Shown here in pieces: positions 24,941 to 30,707 of a stretch of DNA of 32,000 nt (the stretch's first letter is position 1; every line of letters starts with the position of its first letter). The notes beneath the pieces are model-generated. The model saw only the letters and a program-made list of their open reading frames with translations, was not told the DNA's origin and searched no databases. Source of the stretch: Candidatus Micrarchaeum sp. (GTDB lineage: Archaea > Micrarchaeota > Micrarchaeia > Micrarchaeales > Micrarchaeaceae). The stretch spans positions 300,001 to 332,000 of the forward strand of contig NZ_CP060530.1 in the NCBI RefSeq assembly GCF_016806735.1. The letters run 5' to 3'. The position numbers and the translations under genes are program-made.

Positions 24941-25456
24941 ATGGCAGTGCTTGCAAAATCTGAAATAACAAAAATGATAAAATCCGGAGACCTAAATATA
25001 ACGCCTTTCGAGCTTTCGCAGATAGGCGCAGGGTCTATAGATCTCCACTTAGGTGATGAGTTTCGCATATTTCGCAGCCATAAGGGCATAATTGATGTTT
25101 CAGAAGCGATCGAGCACGGTTCGATAAGCGAGCTTGTAAAAGCCGGCAAAAGCGGGATAATACTAAAGCCAGGCCAATTCATAAATGGGATAACAAAAGA
25201 ATCCATAAAGCTCCCAAAAAACATTTCGGGAAGGATAGAAGGAAGGTCGCGCTTCGCAAGGGTCGGCCTTCTTGTGCACGTAAGCAGCGGTTTTGTACAG
25301 CCTGGCAGCGACGGGAGGGTAGTGCTAGAAATAGCCAACCTGTCAAAGGTAAAACTCAGGCTAATTCCAGGAATAAAGATATGCCAGATTATACTGGAAG
25401 AAGTGAAAGGCTCCGGAGGCTATTCTGGCAATTATCTGCATCAGCAGCATCCATGA
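24941..25456 (+). CDS. dcd: dCTP deaminase (dUTPase-superfamily, short form)
   Basis: 171 aa with GAGSIDLHLGDEF, GRIEGRSRFARVGLLVH, SGFVQPGSDGRVVLEIANLS and a C-terminal GGYSGNY. It starts 4 nt after the coiled-coil gene. Confidence 0.85.
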   Translation: MAVLAKSEITKMIKSGDLNITPFELSQIGAGSIDLHLGDEFRIFRSHKGIIDVSEAIEHGSISELVKAGKSGIILKPGQFINGITKESIKLPKNISGRIEGRSRFARVGLLVHVSSGFVQPGSDGRVVLEIANLSKVKLRLIPGIKICQIILEEVKGSGGYSGNYLHQQHP

Positions 25457-25465
25457 ATCAAGAGC

Positions 25466-26521
25466 TTATGCAACTGATTTTTCCAAGAGCCTGAATCTTT
25501 TTTTGTTCGCGTCGACTTCGGCCATCGCACCAATCGGCAGGACGAATTTTGGATCTGTGTGTCCAAAATCCATGTTGGTTACTAATGGAATACTGCCTAC
25601 TCCAAATTCCAAATCAAGCACAGAGTGTACTTTCTCCTCCATTTTTGCCTTTTCTTCTATCGAATAACCAGATGGTATCGCAATCAACAGTGCGGCTATC
25701 TTTTCGAGAATGCCCTGGCTGCCGTAATTTCTTATCCAGTACTTTACGGTATCCGGCAAGGGCTTGTCTTCTGATGTCTCTAGAAACAATATCTTTCCGT
25801 TCCAAAAATCCTTTTTAGGCCAGAAGCGCGTACCTTTCATGAATTCTAGCGCGTCTGCGCAGCCTCCGAACAACCTGCCTTTAGCTACGCCTTTTCCCTG
25901 CAGCCAGTGCCATCCATCGTTACTGTGCCTTTCCTTTATCTTTCCTATATTGCTCTTTTCAGCCCATTCAGGGTACCCGTCGGACCAAAAAGGGAAGCTG
26001 TGATACTCGTATCCCTCTCCGGGCTCGAAAAGCAGGTTCTTCATAATATCCAAAAACGAACCTGGAAATCTTTCCGTTTGTGAAAATCCCGCCATTATCG
26101 TAGGCCCGTAATAGGTCATGAGCCCTGTTTTTAAGTGTATGTAATCCAAAAACGTAGTGGAATCCGAAAAGCCCATTATGATCTTTGGATTCTTCCTTAT
26201 CATTTTCATGTCTAAATAATCCAATATCCTTACCGAATCGTCACCGCCTATGCTTGCGACTATTGCTTTTACCTCTTTGTCGGCAAAAGCTTCGTTTATG
26301 TCTTCGGCCCTTTCACGGGGATGCCTGTAAAGGTAATCATTGCTCTTCCTAGCTGTATTATACTCCTTAACTTCAAGCCTGAGGTGCTTTTTTAGCATAT
26401 CCAGCCCGTGCTCGTATATATGCGGAAACAGTGCCGGAACCCCAGCCGAAGGTGAAACTATGGCTACCGTATCGCCTTCATCAAGCCTTTTAGGTTTTAT
26501 GATCTGCATTGCATCTTTCAA
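25466..26521 (-). CDS. S66 family LD-carboxypeptidase / MccF-like serine hydrolase
   Basis: 351 aa with the nucleophile motif MGFSDSTTF and the His motif NMDFGHTDPKF. The N-terminal GDTVAIVSPS is typical of the family. Confidence 0.85.
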   Translation of the reverse strand: MKDAMQIIKPKRLDEGDTVAIVSPSAGVPALFPHIYEHGLDMLKKHLRLEVKEYNTARKSNDYLYRHPRERAEDINEAFADKEVKAIVASIGGDDSVRILDYLDMKMIRKNPKIIMGFSDSTTFLDYIHLKTGLMTYYGPTIMAGFSQTERFPGSFLDIMKNLLFEPGEGYEYHSFPFWSDGYPEWAEKSNIGKIKERHSNDGWHWLQGKGVAKGRLFGGCADALEFMKGTRFWPKKDFWNGKILFLETSEDKPLPDTVKYWIRNYGSQGILEKIAALLIAIPSGYSIEEKAKMEEKVHSVLDLEFGVGSIPLVTNMDFGHTDPKFVLPIGAMAEVDANKKRFRLLEKSVA

Positions 26522-26587
26522 CTATCTATGTGCTGATTATTATTGTTTTCGTGCAATGCCGTACGCTATGATTAAGATAAAAATACG

Positions 26588-26659
26588 TGGGCCCGCGGAG
26601 AATCGAACTCCGTATCTTTCCCGTGTGAGGGGAACGTCTTACCAATCGACTACGGGCCC
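26588..26659 (-). tRNA. tRNA-Val(CAC)
   Basis: Cloverleaf: acceptor GGGCCCG/CGGGCCC, anticodon stem UUCCC/GGGAA, loop CUCACAC, T arm CGGAG-UUCGAUU-CUCCG, discriminator A. Length is 72 nt. Confidence 0.9.
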
Positions 26660-26760
26660 TTGCATCATTATTATCTTACACAAAATTATTATGCCATTCG
26701 TGCTTTATCCTCTTGCAATTGAGTGTATAAATTGCCATTTCTCAAGCCAACAGTATGAGC

Positions 26761-27948
26761 CTAAATGTGGGAATCAGGTGCACCATTCTGGTAATGACTT
26801 TCCAATCCATCACTTCCGTACGGCCTTTCTACTCCCTCGGGAAAGAAAAACACGCTGCCGTATCCGAGCACGTCTCCAGGCTTTATTGTCTTTCCATCTC
26901 TATAATACGTCTTAGGTTGTCTAGAGAAACCGCCGCTATATCCTGGATCTATCCACCCATCCCATTTCAAGGCCAGAAGTGAATCGCTTTTTCCCATTTC
27001 TATGGCTCTTCTGTTCGCAAAGAAGCTTTTGAACAGATATTCGCTGTGGAATACAATTCCTATGTGTTTGGATAGGTGTAGGCTTTCAACAGTATCTACG
27101 TCTATCAACTCTCCTGGTTTCATCCTGTAAGGAAGCTCTACTTCTTCGTAAAATTCAGACATTTTGGGTTTTGAGGAGAAATCCACAAATCCGGAATATT
27201 TGAGTACTCGTGCCCGCTTTCCGGCATGCACTGCTACAAGTCCCTTATAAATGCTTAGGTTGGGCTCAACGCTGAAATATCCGTTGGACGAGAGCGACCT
27301 GAGTTCCGAATTAGACGTTACTTCATAGCCGTGGTCAATATCTAAATGCCTCTTATAACCTTCTTTGCTGGCATTCGGTGTCAAGTAGATATTTGGGTCG
27401 TCAAGCGCTTCTCTTGAAGGCGAATCAAAAAACAGCATCAACTGCGCTATTCTATCCCCTTTCCTGAGCTTTATGCCCATGTCAGAGTAATTCACAATTT
27501 CAATGGCCATTCCGTAGCCGCCTATATTTTTTGCGTTGGATGCATATGTGGCGCTTATCCATGGTATGAGGTTATAGCAGCCCAAGCGCCTCATGCTTGA
27601 TCTTAGTTCCACGAAAGGCATCAGCAAATCATCAAGCACTATAGAATTTGTGGTCTTTACATCGCTTTCGTACTTTGGCTTTAAGACATCATCCAAATCC
27701 GAGATATGTTCGTTGAATTTTCCATTGGCTATATAAACAGGCTCGTCATCCATTATTCTGTCAAATTTAAGGTCTATGCTAGCAGGCTGTCTCTGCTTGC
27801 CTTCAAGCTCTGGATCAAGCCTAAGCATTCCAGCTGTCTCTGCTTCTCTTATGCCTCTGTCCGTCAGCAGGTTCCTCTGAAATTTGTGCGGCATAAGAAC
27901 CATTCCCAAATCTCTAATATAAATAGGTTTGCAACTTGTAGAAATCAT
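26761..27948 (-). CDS. Long-form DCD-like protein with two tandem dUTPase/dCTP-deaminase-fold halves
   Basis: 395 aa. The N-half carries QPASIDLKF, RSSMRRLG and GDRIAQLMLF. The C-half carries GWIDPGYSGG and a terminal PYGSDGLESHYQNG. Each motif has a counterpart in the canonical dcd at 24941..25456, but here they are spread over two domains. Confidence 0.7.
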   Translation of the reverse strand: MISTSCKPIYIRDLGMVLMPHKFQRNLLTDRGIREAETAGMLRLDPELEGKQRQPASIDLKFDRIMDDEPVYIANGKFNEHISDLDDVLKPKYESDVKTTNSIVLDDLLMPFVELRSSMRRLGCYNLIPWISATYASNAKNIGGYGMAIEIVNYSDMGIKLRKGDRIAQLMLFFDSPSREALDDPNIYLTPNASKEGYKRHLDIDHGYEVTSNSELRSLSSNGYFSVEPNLSIYKGLVAVHAGKRARVLKYSGFVDFSSKPKMSEFYEEVELPYRMKPGELIDVDTVESLHLSKHIGIVFHSEYLFKSFFANRRAIEMGKSDSLLALKWDGWIDPGYSGGFSRQPKTYYRDGKTIKPGDVLGYGSVFFFPEGVERPYGSDGLESHYQNGAPDSHI

Positions 27949-28026
27949 TAAGAAGCTTCAGAAACAGCCTATTCTGCGAAATTTATTTCCCTTTTCGAAC
28001 CCGCGCTTGCCGGCGAAAATGCCAGG

Positions 28027-28101
28027 TGCTCCCGCCGGGATTTGAACCCGAGTTTCAGACTTGAGAGGCCTGCGTCCTTGACCGGACTAGACGACGGGAG
28101 C
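28027..28101 (-). tRNA. tRNA-Glu(CUC)
   Basis: Cloverleaf: acceptor GCUCCCG/CGGGAGC, anticodon stem CAGGC/GUCUG, loop CUCUCAA, T arm UCGGG-UUCAAAU-CCCGG, discriminator A. Length is 75 nt. Confidence 0.9.
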
Positions 28102-28146
28102 GCATAATGGTTTCTGTGCTTCAGATTATTAATATTTGTTGTTTTG

Positions 28147-28953
28147 CTACTTCCTCATTATGCTTGAGCGCTTGGACATGTATGGCGCTGAAACGGATTC
28201 TATGACGCTGTCCACTGGGAAGCCGCTTTTGTCCCCTATATCGCACATTTCGGCTATAAGATCAAGCTTCTTGGCCTCTACCATCTCGTAATCCTTCATA
28301 AGGCCATGGATGTTGCTCATTATGCCATCTATCTCGTATATGCTTTTGTTGAGCCTTTCCAAGCTTTCGGTATTGTTCCCTATGGCTGAGGAATTCCTGA
28401 AAAGCTCAACGCTCACTGCCGATTTCATCGCATGCTTTATTGCCATGAAGGATTTTCTGTGAAGGCCAGCAAGTATGCTGAAGGAGGCCTTTCCTATCGG
28501 CACTCCGTTCTCTGCAAACATGGACGGAAGCAGTATCAGGTTATTTGACGGTTCTATGGTCCTGCCATAACTGTCGCTCATGCACGACGACATGAAGGTT
28601 TCCCTATCTGCTTTGCTTGCTCCATAAAAAAGATTAACGTACGCTATGGATGCGAGCCTTAGCTCCTTATAAAGCACTTCAGGCTCCAAATTCACGTCAG
28701 TATGAAGCAGATCCGAAACATTGTTTAGCCTTGAGATGTACTGTCTTATCCTCTTGAGCCTTGTCGAGTTGCCCTGGTTTTTCGCAAATACACTTTCTGC
28801 ATATTTCAGCGCTACCTGCATTGCCATCAATATGGATTTTACTGAATTCAGGTTCGACATGTTTGCTAGTCTTATAACCGTTGAAGTGGAATGCCTGGTA
28901 CTTCTCTTCAAACGCGTATTCCTAGGTCTGTAAATCCTTCTGGTCGTGACCAA
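28147..28953 (-). CDS. Hypothetical protein (268 aa; Arg-rich N-terminus if the upstream start is used)
   Basis: The ORF lies 9 nt downstream of the DUF460-like gene. It is predicted mostly helical, with no recognised motif. An alternative start is at 28860 (MSNLNSV). Confidence 0.55.
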   Translation of the reverse strand: MVTTRRIYRPRNTRLKRSTRHSTSTVIRLANMSNLNSVKSILMAMQVALKYAESVFAKNQGNSTRLKRIRQYISRLNNVSDLLHTDVNLEPEVLYKELRLASIAYVNLFYGASKADRETFMSSCMSDSYGRTIEPSNNLILLPSMFAENGVPIGKASFSILAGLHRKSFMAIKHAMKSAVSVELFRNSSAIGNNTESLERLNKSIYEIDGIMSNIHGLMKDYEMVEAKKLDLIAEMCDIGDKSGFPVDSVIESVSAPYMSKRSSIMRK

Positions 28954-28962
28954 TCAATCGCC

Positions 28963-29475
28963 TTAGCCCCAGATGTTCCTGTTCGAGAGCCTTCCCGGGT
29001 TTTTGTTCTCTATTGCTTCGCTTATTGAATATTTCTTGATTACTTTTGCAAGCACTTCGTCTATGTCTTCCGCTTTTTTCTCCTCTGCCTTGTGCTTCGC
29101 CTGTTTAAGCTTATTAGCATAATAATTATAAGCCTTTATCGCTGCCACGTAAGCATCCCTCTCATGCGGATCCTTTATCAATCTCTCGTGCGCCGCCTGC
29201 CTTTTCTCCTCAAGCATTATGTTGTCCTTAGGCATGAAGAGCACGGAGTTGAAAACGGAGTTTATCCTCCTTATCATTTCGCCCCTTGTCTTCTTGTCGC
29301 TCGCTATGACGCTAGGCACGCCCACCTTTCTTATGCTGCTTATTATCCAAGCCTCTCCGCCGCTTTTCATATGAGCGGAATATACGAGCCTTCCGTCGAG
29401 CCTTAGGCATGAAACTGCGACGGTTTTGCCCGTATCCACACCAACTATTATGTGAACCAAACAATTTGCCCTCAT
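28963..29475 (-). CDS. DUF460/COG2433-like RNase-H-fold protein, short form
   Basis: 170 aa with IIVGVDTGKTVAVSCLRLDG (an RNase H/RuvC-like first strand with Asp), VIASDK and PHERDAYVAAIKAYN. These match my recollection of the archaeal DUF460 N-terminal domain. A short charged helix follows. Confidence 0.6.
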   Translation of the reverse strand: MRANCLVHIIVGVDTGKTVAVSCLRLDGRLVYSAHMKSGGEAWIISSIRKVGVPSVIASDKKTRGEMIRRINSVFNSVLFMPKDNIMLEEKRQAAHERLIKDPHERDAYVAAIKAYNYYANKLKQAKHKAEEKKAEDIDEVLAKVIKKYSISEAIENKNPGRLSNRNIWG

Positions 29476-29479
29476 GGTT

Positions 29480-30523
29480 TTACTTAAGCTGCTCTATGGA
29501 GTAGTTTATTGCATCAAGCGCAGTTGCAGGTATGGCCTCATACTTGCAGTTTGCTATGAATACAGGGGTAAAGGTTACGTTGTAGAAGCTTGCAAGCTGC
29601 TCCTGCCTCAGGAGTGTTGCCGGAGCGTTGGCCATGCAGTTTCCAAACGAGCTCATGTTGAATCCCGATGCCTGTGCCATAGAATACAGCGTATCGTTAG
29701 GGAGCGGACTTCCGTTATACACTGTATTTAATGTGTTCATGAACTGTGGGAACTCTTTCTGTGTTGAGCCGCATGCAAGATAAGCCCCTAGCAGCTGAGT
29801 CTGTTCTTCGCCGTAATTCTTGTATTTGCTTATCGAGTATCCGGAAAAGACAAACTTGTAGCTCATGTTTATCTCATTGGAATGGGCTTTGCTTATGTTT
29901 ATGGCTTGCAGTATGCTGCTTATGGCGCTCGGAGCATAAGGATCCGTTATCAGGTAAACGGGTTCTGGCGTGTTGGACACGCACGTTGTCTTTCCGCTTA
30001 CGCTTACAACCCCTTGCGCTATCACCGAGTTGTTAGTTATGCTCTTTGGCCTTACCATCTGTATGAAAGGTGTTTCAAGGCTCAGGTTTGAGCCGTAAAA
30101 CTCCATAGATACGTTAAGCGTTGAATTGGTGAACGGGTCCCTGTACGGAACTATTACAGACCAAGTGTTTGTCGATGGTTGATATGATACTTTTGATCTG
30201 TTCAGGTAGGAATAATACGTAAGTATCGAAAGGCTTGAATTTATGTATTGGTAGTTGGCCAGTACCTTGCCTGCTGCATCGAGTACCTGGGACTGGTTAT
30301 ATTTGGGCGTTATGCAGGTGCTGTTGCTTGAAACCCCGTATTGGCACACTATGACGGATTTGAAATTGGCCAGAGAAAATGACAACGCTATCAGCACTAT
30401 TACCAGTGCTATTAGCCCTATGTGCAGGTAGTCCAAGCCCCCGTGCTTTGAGGCGCTTTTGACTAGGAATACTGGCTCCTTTGCGCCCTTTTGCTTTGCC
30501 TTCTTTCCATCCATTCTTGCCAT
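29480..30523 (-). CDS. Membrane-anchored extracellular protein, heavily N-glycosylatable, possible DsbA-like fold without CxxC
   Basis: A basic N-terminus is followed by one TM helix (LHIGLIALVIVLIALSF). I counted 15 N-x-S/T sequons in 347 aa. The C-terminal ~170 aa resemble the DsbA layout, but PVYLITDPYAPSAI sits where F-D-x-x-C-P-x-C is expected. Confidence 0.55.
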   Translation of the reverse strand: MARMDGKKAKQKGAKEPVFLVKSASKHGGLDYLHIGLIALVIVLIALSFSLANFKSVIVCQYGVSSNSTCITPKYNQSQVLDAAGKVLANYQYINSSLSILTYYSYLNRSKVSYQPSTNTWSVIVPYRDPFTNSTLNVSMEFYGSNLSLETPFIQMVRPKSITNNSVIAQGVVSVSGKTTCVSNTPEPVYLITDPYAPSAISSILQAINISKAHSNEINMSYKFVFSGYSISKYKNYGEEQTQLLGAYLACGSTQKEFPQFMNTLNTVYNGSPLPNDTLYSMAQASGFNMSSFGNCMANAPATLLRQEQLASFYNVTFTPVFIANCKYEAIPATALDAINYSIEQLK

Positions 30524-30539
30524 AAAACCACTTTACAGG

Positions 30540-30635
30540 CGGGCCCGGCGGGATTTTCACCGGATCAAACCGAATTTGAACCCGCGACCTTCACCTTAGG
30601 AGGGTGCCGCTCTATCCAAGCTGAGCTACGGGCCC
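30540..30635 (-). tRNA. tRNA-Arg(CCU) with a 21-nt intron in the T-loop (59/60 or 60/61)
   Basis: Cloverleaf: acceptor GGGCCCG/CGGGCCC, D arm GCUC/GAGC, anticodon loop CUCCUAA. The T stem GCGGG...CCCGC is interrupted after UUCAAAU by UCGGUUUGAUCCGGUGAAAAU (plus-strand 30553..30573). Without the insert the length is 75 nt. Discriminator is G. Confidence 0.8.
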
Positions 30636-30707
30636 GCATATATCACATATATCTTAGCAGGAAAAATTTATAATGAACTGATTTATACCTTTGTCTTTTT
30701 TCCACCT

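Noticed and set aside
26340-26915. A 191-aa plus-strand ORF bridging the S66 peptidase start, tRNA-Val and the DCD-like gene end.
   Set aside because: It runs straight through a well-formed tRNA gene and overlaps two motif-supported minus-strand CDSs, so it is not credible as coding.
27991-28014. A T-arm-like fragment (minus strand gcgcgggttcgaaaag) just downstream of tRNA-Glu, considered as a tRNA remnant, att-site duplication or split-tRNA half.
   Set aside because: Only the 5' T-stem and loop consensus is present. There is no complementary 3' stem, acceptor or anticodon arm. No matching direct repeat of tRNA-Val or tRNA-Glu sequence was seen on the other side of the DCD-like gene.
26588-28101. 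The tRNA-Val to tRNA-Glu interval as an integrated mobile element.
   Set aside because: It contains a single gene. I could find no integrase, transposase, terminal repeats or duplicated tRNA 3' segment, so I kept it only as an 'accessory slot' hypothesis under the DCD-like finding.
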